The position numbers and the translations under genes were made by a program. A model generated the notes under the pieces. That model searched no databases, was not told the DNA's origin, and saw only the letters and a list, made by a program, of their open reading frames with translations. 64,000 bases of DNA from Gammaproteobacteria bacterium (GTDB lineage: Bacteria; Pseudomonadota; Gammaproteobacteria; Steroidobacterales; JABDLF01): NCBI GenBank assembly GCA_041565075.1, contig JBFGOQ010000003.1:16394-80393 (forward strand), read 5' to 3'. This document shows positions 36,729 through 45,426 of the stretch, one piece after another. Position 1 is the first letter of the stretch. Every line of letters begins with the position of its first letter.

Positions 36729-37502
36729 TTGAGCGTACCGAAGCATGGCGATCGGGCACAGGGCCGGGCGGCGCTGCTCGGGCTGCTCGCGCGCGTGCAC
36801 GAAATCGACCGCCAGATCATTGCCAAGGGTCCCCGCGAGCCGCAAGCGCAGCTGCTGGCATTATGGCAGGCGCGGCGTCTGGCAGCGACTTACGAAGATT
36901 TCAGCAGTAGCGCCCGATATCATCAGGCCGCAAAATTTTTTCTCAACGACCTGTACGGCCCGGCAGATTTCACCCAGCGTGATGCAGACCTTGAAAAAGT
37001 ATTTCCCGTCATGTCGAGGATGCTGCCGGCCAATGCACTGGATGCCCTTTGCTGCGCCCTGGAGCTGCACGCGCTGACCCAGGAACTCGATGCCCGTATG
37101 CTCAAACTACTGACCGGTAAGCTGGCCATGACGGATGCGCTGACTCCAGCGCTGTGGGCGCGCGCCTACCGGATGTGTGGTCAGGAACCACAGCGGCGCC
37201 GGCAGATTGAGCTGGTAGTCGCAGCTGGCCGGCAGCTCGACGAAGTGGTCAAACATCCCATGATATATACGCTGGTGCGACTGGTGCGGGGACCTGCCCG
37301 GGCTGCGGGCTTTGGAGCACTGCAGGATTTCGTGGAACGCGGCTTCCGTGCGTTCCGAAGCATGCAGGGCGCCGCCGCATTTATCGATGCAGTCGGCAAG
37401 CGGGAGACGGCGATCATGCGGGAGCTGTTCGCGGGCAACGTGCCAACGAGCTGGCAGCACGACCCGGGTAGCGTGACGCTGGCGGACCTGACTGAGGCGT
37501 AG
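36729..37502 (+). CDS. Hypothetical all-helical protein (divergent from WS/DGAT)
   Basis: 257-aa ORF with TTG start. Coding-like composition. Distinctive segment AAKFFLNDLYGPADFTQRDADLEKVFP. No domain recognised. Confidence 0.5.
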   Translation: MSVPKHGDRAQGRAALLGLLARVHEIDRQIIAKGPREPQAQLLALWQARRLAATYEDFSSSARYHQAAKFFLNDLYGPADFTQRDADLEKVFPVMSRMLPANALDALCCALELHALTQELDARMLKLLTGKLAMTDALTPALWARAYRMCGQEPQRRRQIELVVAAGRQLDEVVKHPMIYTLVRLVRGPARAAGFGALQDFVERGFRAFRSMQGAAAFIDAVGKRETAIMRELFAGNVPTSWQHDPGSVTLADLTEA

Positions 37503-37503
37503 C

Positions 37504-38775
37504 TCAGAGCAGATTGCTGATGGCGTAAATGGCAAGCCCCGCTATGCCACCAACAATTGTGCCGTTGATGCGAATGAACTGCAGGTCACGGCCGACGGCC
37601 AGCTCCACCCTGCGGGCCGTGACGTCGCTGTCCCAGCCGCGCACTGTTTCCGAAATTACGCTGCCAATTTCTTCGCGATAGTTGCGCACGATGCGCAGGA
37701 TTGCGTCGTTCAGCCACTGATTGATCTGCGCACGCAGTGCCTCATCACGACCCAGCGCTTCGCCGAAACTGATGAGGCCGGTCTCGAAGCGCTGTCTCAG
37801 CATGGACTGCGGTTCAGCTGCCTGGCGCAGCAGGAAATCGCTGATATGCTGCCAGAGTCCGGCTAGATATTCCTGCACCACCGGGTGTTCGAGCAACTCA
37901 TTCTTGATTTCTTCGCCGCGAGCGATCATTTGAGGGTCGTTCTTGAGCGCCGCAATAAAACTGTGCACACCCTCGTTGAAGCGCAGCCGCGCCTCATGTT
38001 GCGGGTCGTTGCCAATGCCATCCAGCAGCTTTTCTACTTCGCCGACAATCTTGTCGAATATTTCCTGGTCGACAAATCCAGGCAGCCACCATGGACTCTT
38101 CTCGTCTATGCGGATCCGGATCAGAACCCGATTCTCATCCAGGTGCTGGCGCGCGACGCGCACCGCGAGGTCCATTAATGCCTGATGGCGATCCTGGCTC
38201 GTAAGCAAGTCCAGGATGCGACCCAGCATGGGCGTGATCTGCATCTGGCGCAGTTCCATGTGCAGGTTTTCGCGCAGAAAATCCCTGAGCGCTTCGCTAT
38301 CCAGCGTACCCAGCAGCCACTCCAGGAACGCGCCAGCGTCGGCGCTGACCCGGCGGGCGTTTTTTTCGCGCGCCAGCCAGGCACCGGTGCGCCCGGCGGC
38401 GTCGAGATTATGCAGACGCGGCTGCAGGGCGCTGCGCACGAGAAAGTTTTCGCGCACGAAGCGTGCCAGGTTTTCGCCGAGCTCGTCCTTGCGGCGCGGG
38501 ACAATTGCAGTGTGCGGAATCGGGATGCCCAGCGGGTGTCGAAATAGCGCCGTTACAGCAAAACAGTCGGCCAGGGCGCCGACCATGGCCGCCTCCGCAA
38601 AGGCTTCAACCCATCCGAGCCACGGATAAGCGGGATGGTATGTGCGGCTGGCAACAAATATGACGGCCATTAACAGCAACATGGCCGTGGCCAGGCGTTT
38701 CATGTTGGTCAGTCTGCGCTGCTGCTCGGCTTCGCGGGCAGTAAACACGGGGGCCGGTATTGTGCCTGGGGGCAT
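37504..38775 (-). CDS. DUF445-family membrane-associated protein (YjiN-like)
   Basis: N-terminal TM segments, then FRHPLGIPIPHTAIVPRRKDELGENLARFVRENFL and C-terminal INGTIVGGIAGLAIY, as in DUF445 proteins. Confidence 0.6.
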   Translation of the reverse strand: MPPGTIPAPVFTAREAEQQRRLTNMKRLATAMLLLMAVIFVASRTYHPAYPWLGWVEAFAEAAMVGALADCFAVTALFRHPLGIPIPHTAIVPRRKDELGENLARFVRENFLVRSALQPRLHNLDAAGRTGAWLAREKNARRVSADAGAFLEWLLGTLDSEALRDFLRENLHMELRQMQITPMLGRILDLLTSQDRHQALMDLAVRVARQHLDENRVLIRIRIDEKSPWWLPGFVDQEIFDKIVGEVEKLLDGIGNDPQHEARLRFNEGVHSFIAALKNDPQMIARGEEIKNELLEHPVVQEYLAGLWQHISDFLLRQAAEPQSMLRQRFETGLISFGEALGRDEALRAQINQWLNDAILRIVRNYREEIGSVISETVRGWDSDVTARRVELAVGRDLQFIRINGTIVGGIAGLAIYAISNLL

Positions 38776-38780
38776 GGCGG

Positions 38781-39866
38781 TCAGCCGTTGCTCTCCTGGG
38801 GAGAATGATAAGCCGGGCTGAGTTCGTGGACTGCTTCGAGCAAAGCCCTGACATGTTCCGGGTCGACCGCCGGGTGTATGCCATGTCCGAGATTGAAGAC
38901 ATGGCCGTCTCCGGAACCAAAGTCACGCAGTACCTTTGCGGCTTGTTCGCGAATAATCGCCGGCGGGGCATACAGGACACACGGATCCAGGTTACCTTGC
39001 AACGCCACCCGGTCACCGACCCGATCGCGGGCCTCGCCCAGACTCTGGGTCCAGTCGATGCCGAGCGCGTCACAGCCGCTGCCTGCCATGTCCTCCAGCC
39101 AGGCGCCACCATTCTTGGTAAACAGCACCACCGGCACTCGCCGGCCTTCATGTTCCCGAATCAGTCCGGCCACGATGCGACGCATGTACTCGAGCGAAAA
39201 CGTCAGATAGTTTTCGCGGCTCAGCGTCCCACCCCAGGTGTCGAAGATCATCAGGGCCTGGGCACCTGCACGTACCTGTGCATTGAGATAGTTGATGACC
39301 GAGTGCGCGAGTTTATCCAGCAAGGTATGCAGCGCCGCCGGATTTTCGTAGAGCAACCCTCGCACCTTGGCAAATTCTTTACTGGAGCCGCCTTCCACCA
39401 TGTAGGTAGCGAGCGTCCAGGGACTGCCGGAAAAACCGATCAGAGGCACCGCACCGGCCAGCGCAGTTCTGATAGTGCGCACGGCAGCCATCACGTAGCC
39501 CAGAGCATCTTCCGGATCCGGAATAGGTAATTGCCGGATATCGCTCTGCGAGCGGATCGGATGCTCAAAACGCGGTCCTTCGCCCTCGGCGAAATACAGA
39601 CCGAGACCCATGGCGTCGGGGATGGTGAGGATGTCCGAAAACAGGATGGCTGCATCCAGCTTGAAGCGCTGCAGGGGCTGCAATGTCACTCTGCACGCCA
39701 GCTCGGGATTACGGCACAGGCTCATGAAATTGCCAGCGCGTGCCCGAACCTCACGATATTCGGGGAGGTAGCGGCCAGCCTGGCGCATGATCCACACAGG
39801 CGTGCGTTCGACGGGCTGGCGCAAGAGAGCCCGCAGCAGGAGATCATTTTGCAGTTTGGCCGGCAT
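38781..39866 (-). CDS. hemE: Uroporphyrinogen decarboxylase
   Basis: [16 protein letters not shown] signature, [12 protein letters not shown], and length 361 aa. Confidence 0.95.
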   Translation of the reverse strand: MPAKLQNDLLLRALLRQPVERTPVWIMRQAGRYLPEYREVRARAGNFMSLCRNPELACRVTLQPLQRFKLDAAILFSDILTIPDAMGLGLYFAEGEGPRFEHPIRSQSDIRQLPIPDPEDALGYVMAAVRTIRTALAGAVPLIGFSGSPWTLATYMVEGGSSKEFAKVRGLLYENPAALHTLLDKLAHSVINYLNAQVRAGAQALMIFDTWGGTLSRENYLTFSLEYMRRIVAGLIREHEGRRVPVVLFTKNGGAWLEDMAGSGCDALGIDWTQSLGEARDRVGDRVALQGNLDPCVLYAPPAIIREQAAKVLRDFGSGDGHVFNLGHGIHPAVDPEHVRALLEAVHELSPAYHSPQESNG

Positions 39867-39878
39867 AATGCCCCCGAT

Positions 39879-40604
39879 TCAAGTGCCAGGAAAAAGTGCG
39901 GCGATATCGATTTGGATTGCCGTGGCGGCCGCCCTGGGATCCGCTGCGTCGCGTATGGGCCGGCCAACGACTATGTAATCCGCCCCGTTTTGGAAGGCGC
40001 GCGTCGGGGTGACCACACGTTTCTGATCATCCTCACGATTGTCGACAGGCCGGATTCCCGGCGTGACAACCAGCAGGCGCCGGTCCGCTTCAGCGCGCAG
40101 AACCGGTACTTCCAGGCCTGATGAAATTACGCCGTCGCAGCCCGCTTCGAAGGCGCGCCGTGCCCGTGATAGCACCAGCTCCCGGACGTCGCACTGAAAG
40201 CCGAGGTCAAGGAGGTCGCCGCGGTCAAGACTGGTCAGTGCCGTTACCGCCAGAATTCTGGTGTCGCCTTTTTCCTGCGCCGCCGCTTCCATGATGGACT
40301 GGTTGCCATGCACTGTCGCAAAATTCACGCCGCGACTGCGCAATTGTCGCACGGCTGAACCCACGGTTGCCGGCACGTCAAAGAACTTCAGATCAACAAA
40401 AATTTTCTTGCCGCGTTCCACCAGCCAGTCGATGAGCTCAAAATAGCCTCCCGCCATGAACATTTCGAGTCCAAGCTTGTAAAACCAAACACTGTCGTCG
40501 AGCTGTTCGACGAGTTCACGGGCGCGCCTGGTATCCGCAACATCGAGTGCGAAGATGAGCCGTTCTCGCGTGGCGATCGATTTCGCTGTGTGGCCTGCAG
40601 GCAT
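39879..40604 (-). CDS. pyrF: Orotidine-5'-phosphate decarboxylase
   Basis: LIFALDV, IFVDLKFFDVPATV (DxKxxD), VTPGIR and IVVGRPI. ATG at 40604 is preferred to the start at 40652. Confidence 0.9.
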   Translation of the reverse strand: MPAGHTAKSIATRERLIFALDVADTRRARELVEQLDDSVWFYKLGLEMFMAGGYFELIDWLVERGKKIFVDLKFFDVPATVGSAVRQLRSRGVNFATVHGNQSIMEAAAQEKGDTRILAVTALTSLDRGDLLDLGFQCDVRELVLSRARRAFEAGCDGVISSGLEVPVLRAEADRRLLVVTPGIRPVDNREDDQKRVVTPTRAFQNGADYIVVGRPIRDAADPRAAATAIQIDIAALFPGT

Positions 40605-40671
40605 GTGATTGACACCTCTGTGCGCAGCAATGCTGGCGCGCGATTTTAGCATTACAACGACCCTGGCTTGC

Positions 40672-41841
40672 TCAGGTGTGTTCTTCTATTTCGAAAAGCC
40701 GGGCATGTTCGGAAATTGCGAAGCGATCGGTCATGCCCGCTACGTAGTCAGCGACTGCCCTTGCGCGGCCAGCATCGCCACCCTGAGCCTCGAGGCGCGA
40801 GGCATTGTCGCGATGGTCATCAGGCATCAGCCTGATGTCGTTCATGAAGGCCTCGAACAGTCGGATAAGCAGAACTTTTGCCTTGGCTGTCATGCGCATC
40901 ACCCGATAGTGCCGGTAGAGGCTTTTGCGCAGGAACTGCTTGAGTTCGATATGTTCCGCCGCCGTTTCATCACTGAGGCCGATAAGAGTCTGTTCGAGTC
41001 CGCGCACGGCTTCAATGCTGTCGACACGCGCCTCTTTGATGTTGCGTCGACTGGTTTCCACCAGGTCCGTCACAACGTGGTTGATCATGCGGCGCACCGT
41101 TTCATAAACCAGCCTGCGACCGTCAAGGCCCGGGTAGCTCGCCACGACCCTGTCGAACTCGCGCCGGTAAATAGTGACTTCGCGCAGGGAGTCGTGCTCC
41201 AGCAGACCAGCGCGCAGCCCATCGTCCACATCATGATTGTTGTAAGCGATTTCATCGGCAACATTGGCGAGCTGCGCTTCAAGCCCTGGCTGAGTGCGCT
41301 CCAGAAAGCGTCGGCCGAGTTCGCCCAGTTCGCGGGCGTTGCGGACAGAGCAATGCTTGAGGATCCCCTCGCGCGTCTCGAAGCAAAGGTTAAGGCCGGG
41401 GAAGTCGGCGTACTTTTCCTCTAGTTCGTCGACCACCCTGAGAGACTGCAGGTTATGCTCGAAGCCACCGTACTCGCGCATGCAGCGATTGAGCGCATCC
41501 TGACCGGCATGTCCGAAGGGCGTGTGCCCGAGGTCGTGCGCCAGGGAAATTGCTTCGGCAAGCGTCTCGTTGAGACCCAGCGCCACGGCAACCGTGCGGG
41601 CGACCTGCGCCACCTCGAGAGAATGGGTCAGGCGCGAGCGATACAGATCGCCTTCGTGATTGACGAATACCTGGGTCTTGTAGACCAGGCGCCTGAATGA
41701 ACTGGAGTGAACGATGCGGTCACGATCGCGCTGAAATTCGTCGCGGTAAGCATGCGCTTGCTCCGTATAGACTCTGCCACGGCTTGATTGCACGCTTGCG
41801 GCATAGGGTGCCAGTGACAGATGCATTGAGGTAACGGTCAT
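40672..41841 (-). CDS. dgt: dGTP triphosphohydrolase-like HD-domain protein
   Basis: FQRDRDRIVHSSSFRRL, RLTHSLEVAQVARTVA, HDLGHTPFGHAG and DEIAYNNHDVDDG. GGAG lies 7 nt before the ATG at 41841. Confidence 0.85.
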   Translation of the reverse strand: MTVTSMHLSLAPYAASVQSSRGRVYTEQAHAYRDEFQRDRDRIVHSSSFRRLVYKTQVFVNHEGDLYRSRLTHSLEVAQVARTVAVALGLNETLAEAISLAHDLGHTPFGHAGQDALNRCMREYGGFEHNLQSLRVVDELEEKYADFPGLNLCFETREGILKHCSVRNARELGELGRRFLERTQPGLEAQLANVADEIAYNNHDVDDGLRAGLLEHDSLREVTIYRREFDRVVASYPGLDGRRLVYETVRRMINHVVTDLVETSRRNIKEARVDSIEAVRGLEQTLIGLSDETAAEHIELKQFLRKSLYRHYRVMRMTAKAKVLLIRLFEAFMNDIRLMPDDHRDNASRLEAQGGDAGRARAVADYVAGMTDRFAISEHARLFEIEEHT

Positions 41842-41858
41842 GCCCATACTCCGCCAGA

Positions 41859-42938
41859 TCAATCCGAAAAATAGTCGGCAAGTAAGGCATCGAGCACCGC
41901 GTCAGGGACTTCATCGTGGACGACGGCTGAGCCTGGTGCATCGAGCAGGACGAAGCGCAGCCGTCCACGCATGACCTTCTTGTCACCCTGCATGATTGCG
42001 CGAATTTGCCCGGGGTCCAGGGGCGGCGGCTGCACCGGCAAGCCCAGTCGCTCGAGCAGCATTCGGATACGCAACAGGAATCCATTTTCCAGCAGGCCCA
42101 GCCGGCAGGACAGATCACTGGCCATGACCATGCCGGTCGCCACCGCCTCGCCGTGCAACCATCGGCCGTAACCTGTCGCATTTTCAATGGCATGGGCGAA
42201 GGTGTGCCCGAAGTTGAGAATGGCGCGCACGCCTTCCTCGCGTTCATCCTGGGCGACGATTTCGGCCTTGATCTCGCAGCAACGCCTGACCATGTGTACC
42301 AGCCTGTGATGGGTAAGTCCGACCAGGTCGTCGGCATGGTCTTCGAGCCACTCCAGAAACCCGGCGTCTCGCACGACACCGTGTTTGACCACTTCGGCAA
42401 GACCCGCGCGGTATTCTCGAGAACTCAGTGATTCCAGCGTGGTGATATCCGCGATCACGCAGCGCGGCTGGTGGAATGCACCGATCAGATTCTTGCCACC
42501 GACATGATTGACGCCGGTTTTGCCACCCACCGAGGCATCTACCTGGGCCAGCAGAGTGGTAGGTACCTGCACGAAGTCGATTCCACGCTGGAAACACGCG
42601 GCGGCAAATCCTGTGATATCACCGACCACGCCGCCGCCCAGAGCCACCAGGCAGGCGTCGCGACCGTAACCCTGTTCAACCAGGGCATCCAGAATAGTGG
42701 TGGCCGTGGTCAGAGTCTTGTGGGCCTCGCCATCCGGCAGCAGAAGTTTCCCGCAGCGCACCTCAGTTGGCATGCCCTGCAAGAGCCGCTCCAGGTAAAG
42801 CGGTGCGACCGTGTCGTTGCTGACTACCAGGGCAGCGCCGCCGGGCAGGTGGTTGGCGAGCAGGCCCGTTTCGAGCAAGTGCTCACCGATATAGATGGGG
42901 TAACTGCGAGTACCGAGATTTACGGTCAGGGTTTCCAA
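41859..42938 (-). CDS. aroB: 3-dehydroquinate synthase
   Basis: LGGGVVGDITGFAAACFQRGIDFVQVPTTLLAQVDASVGGKTGVN and HGEAVATGM. 359 aa. Confidence 0.95.
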   Translation of the reverse strand: METLTVNLGTRSYPIYIGEHLLETGLLANHLPGGAALVVSNDTVAPLYLERLLQGMPTEVRCGKLLLPDGEAHKTLTTATTILDALVEQGYGRDACLVALGGGVVGDITGFAAACFQRGIDFVQVPTTLLAQVDASVGGKTGVNHVGGKNLIGAFHQPRCVIADITTLESLSSREYRAGLAEVVKHGVVRDAGFLEWLEDHADDLVGLTHHRLVHMVRRCCEIKAEIVAQDEREEGVRAILNFGHTFAHAIENATGYGRWLHGEAVATGMVMASDLSCRLGLLENGFLLRIRMLLERLGLPVQPPPLDPGQIRAIMQGDKKVMRGRLRFVLLDAPGSAVVHDEVPDAVLDALLADYFSD

Positions 42939-42980
42939 GGCTCGATCCTGTGTCGGGGAGGATTGATTATAGGCTGCAAC

Positions 42981-43493
42981 TCATAGCAGTCGCCGGCGAA
43001 TTTCGCTCACCACCGAAGGCACTTTTCGGCCATCAGTCTGGATCGTATGGTCCGCCAGGTCGGCATAGAGGGGATCGCGAATCGCTGCGAGCTCGGCCAG
43101 GCGCGATTGCCGATTCTCGGTTTCCAGTAAGGGCCTATTGCGGCTGCGCCGGGTGCGCTCGACTTGCTGCGCGACGCTGGCCGCCAGGTAGATCACGACA
43201 CCGCGGCTGGCGAGGCGACTGCGATTTTCGGGGTCGAGAACCACGCCGCCGCCTGTGGCCAGGACAATGCCCTGCAGTTGCGTCAGGGTGTCGATGGCAT
43301 CGCGTTCCCGACGCCGGAATCCCGCCTCGCCTTCTTTTTCGAAAATGAAATCGATGTCCACACCGGTTCGCGATTCGACTTCGGCGTCACTGTCATGAAA
43401 ATCGCGCTTGAGCGCCCGGGCGAGCTGGCGTCCGACCGCGGTCTTGCCGGCGCCCATGGGTCCGATCAGGAAAATGTTCTGGGTAAATGTCAC
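42981..43493 (-). CDS. aroK: Shikimate kinase
   Basis: From the GTG at 43493: VTFTQNIFLIGPMGAGKTAVGRQLA (P-loop). ATGGG motif. 170 aa, like E. coli AroK. Confidence 0.9.
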   Translation of the reverse strand: MTFTQNIFLIGPMGAGKTAVGRQLARALKRDFHDSDAEVESRTGVDIDFIFEKEGEAGFRRRERDAIDTLTQLQGIVLATGGGVVLDPENRSRLASRGVVIYLAASVAQQVERTRRSRNRPLLETENRQSRLAELAAIRDPLYADLADHTIQTDGRKVPSVVSEIRRRLL

Positions 43494-43516
43494 GCCACTA
43501 AGCGTAACAGAGCGCG

Positions 43517-43547
43517 CCAAAGAAGCGACCCGGCCTGGGCCGGGTCG
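43517..43547 (-). terminator. GC-rich hairpin + T-rich tract between the Ig-like lipoprotein gene and aroK (terminator/attenuator)
   Basis: On the minus strand: CGACCCGGC-CCAG-GCCGGGTCG (9-bp stem, 4-nt loop) followed by CTTCTTTGG. It begins 8 nt after the stop at 43556. Confidence 0.5.
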
Positions 43548-43555
43548 TCATCAGG

Positions 43556-45370
43556 TCACAGCAGGTTGGAACAGTTGTCGTTTGGTGCGTCGCCGGCACC
43601 AAAGGGGCTCGGGTTGCCCGGTGGGTTGGTCTCCCGGGTCACATCCGAAGCAGCGATGGGCAGAACAAAGCGGGCATTGCTGCTCGATTCTGTGCCCTGC
43701 ACCGAGGTCTGCGCTTCCAGCACCACCTGGACCCAGCGTGCGAATTGCTGCGGATAGACAACATCGACCAGCGCAAATCCGTCTGCGTCGGTGGTGACTG
43801 TGCCGGGCACCACCGCGGCAACGTTGCCGGCCTCAATCTTGCCGCTCATATTGAAGTCTTCAGACGGATCCAGGATACCGTTTCGATTGACGTCTTCATC
43901 ATTGCAGGTTGCTTTGATGTCTTGTTGCCAGGGTCCGGTCAGCGGCAACACCCATCTACCCTTGCTGTATTGCTCCGAGAGCAGTGACAGCACGACGGTT
44001 ACACCGGCGACGCCGTTGCCCTGACTGTCAGTAACCTGCACGGCAAACTGGATTTCATATTGCGCCTGGTTGGGTTCTTCAATTTCGTTGCCGGTGCCGA
44101 TAGTAATAAACACTTCGCGCCGGGCCACGGTCAGGGCCGCAGTGCGCGAGATACCGTTCACGGTGCCAGTCACCTTGACGCCGTCTTTGGCGCTGGTCGA
44201 GCTGCTGGCCGTGTAAAAAGTCTGCGCGCGGCCCTGGCTGTCGGTAACCGCCGAGGCGACCGATAACTGACCGCCGGTGGTGTCATCCAGGCTGAAAGTG
44301 ACCGTCTGGTTCTTGACCAGGTTATTGCTGGCATCGCGCACTATGGCTGTGATGGCAGCCTGATCATTGGGTGCGATCGTAAAGGGATTGGCCTGCACCT
44401 CGATGCTGGCCGGCGTGGTAGCAACGAACTCGATGGTCAGTGTTGTGCTGACACCACCCGACGTCGTGGCGGTAACAACGGCTGCTCCGGCATTTGCGGA
44501 ACTGATATCAACCGAAGCATTACCCGATGCGTCGGTCATGGCGGTGGCGGAGCTCAACATGCCTCGCGTCGCCGAAAAACTGATGTTATCGCCGACCACA
44601 GGCAGGCCGCCCGATTGCAGGTTGACGACCACGGTCTGCAGTGCACCCAGATTGACCTCGGTGTTGCTTGCCGGCGAGGTAAACGCAAAGCTGTCACTGG
44701 AAACAGCGATGCTCTTGGTAGTGGACTGGCCAAGGGCGGTTACGGTGAGCGTATCGCTGGCACTCGCGGTCAGATCAAATTGCGCCTGACCGGCGGAATC
44801 GGTAGTTAACGGCGGAGCAGGGCTGATGGTGCTGCCAGCCGACGAACTGATATCTACGGTCTCGTTGGCAATGCCATTACCGCCGGCATCGGTCAGCACG
44901 ATCGTGTACGTCGCCGTGGCGCCCGATACAAGAGTCGCCGGGCCGGTTACCGCCAATGTTGTACCCACCACGCTGATCGATACGCTGGAGCTCAAGGTTC
45001 CTGCCGTGCCGGTGACCGAGATGGTTCGGTTGGTGGGATCACCGGCGACACCGAGGGTGGCGGACGCCCGGCCATTGGCATCGGTAGTAGCCTGGACAAC
45101 GGTCAAGCCGCCGGAATCCGTGGCGAAGCTGACCGGTACGCCAGCGACGAAAATATTGCTGGCATCGCGCGCCAAGGCCGTAATAGTCACCGTGGTCGAG
45201 TCATCCGAAGGCAGTTGCGGGTTGCTGGTCAGCAACTGCAGGGATGCCGCGACCGGCGCCGCTGGCCCGGCCCCGGGCGTGCCAGGTTGGGACACGAATG
45301 TATTACTGTCACCACAACCGGTAACAATCCCGGCCAGGAAAAGTAGCAAAATCGGTAGTCGCTTGCGCAT
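43556..45370 (-). CDS. Lipoprotein with tandem bacterial Ig-like (Big_1/invasin-type) repeats and a C-terminal Ca-binding-like insert
   Basis: AGGA lies 8 nt before the ATG at 45370. MRKRLPILLLFLAGIVTGC contains a lipobox. There are 4-5 repeats of about 90 aa, each with the pattern 'vtA.v.Da.GN.v....V.F....G.ls....tTda.G.A...l.s...G...VtA'. C-terminal CNDEDVNRNGILDPSEDFN is a DxNxNGxxD-like motif. Confidence 0.75.
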   Translation of the reverse strand: MRKRLPILLLFLAGIVTGCGDSNTFVSQPGTPGAGPAAPVAASLQLLTSNPQLPSDDSTTVTITALARDASNIFVAGVPVSFATDSGGLTVVQATTDANGRASATLGVAGDPTNRTISVTGTAGTLSSSVSISVVGTTLAVTGPATLVSGATATYTIVLTDAGGNGIANETVDISSSAGSTISPAPPLTTDSAGQAQFDLTASASDTLTVTALGQSTTKSIAVSSDSFAFTSPASNTEVNLGALQTVVVNLQSGGLPVVGDNISFSATRGMLSSATAMTDASGNASVDISSANAGAAVVTATTSGGVSTTLTIEFVATTPASIEVQANPFTIAPNDQAAITAIVRDASNNLVKNQTVTFSLDDTTGGQLSVASAVTDSQGRAQTFYTASSSTSAKDGVKVTGTVNGISRTAALTVARREVFITIGTGNEIEEPNQAQYEIQFAVQVTDSQGNGVAGVTVVLSLLSEQYSKGRWVLPLTGPWQQDIKATCNDEDVNRNGILDPSEDFNMSGKIEAGNVAAVVPGTVTTDADGFALVDVVYPQQFARWVQVVLEAQTSVQGTESSSNARFVLPIAASDVTRETNPPGNPSPFGAGDAPNDNCSNLL

Positions 45371-45426
45371 CAATATGTTCCTCGAATGCTCATTCAATTC
45401 CGTTACCTACTGGTCCGGTTCTTTAC

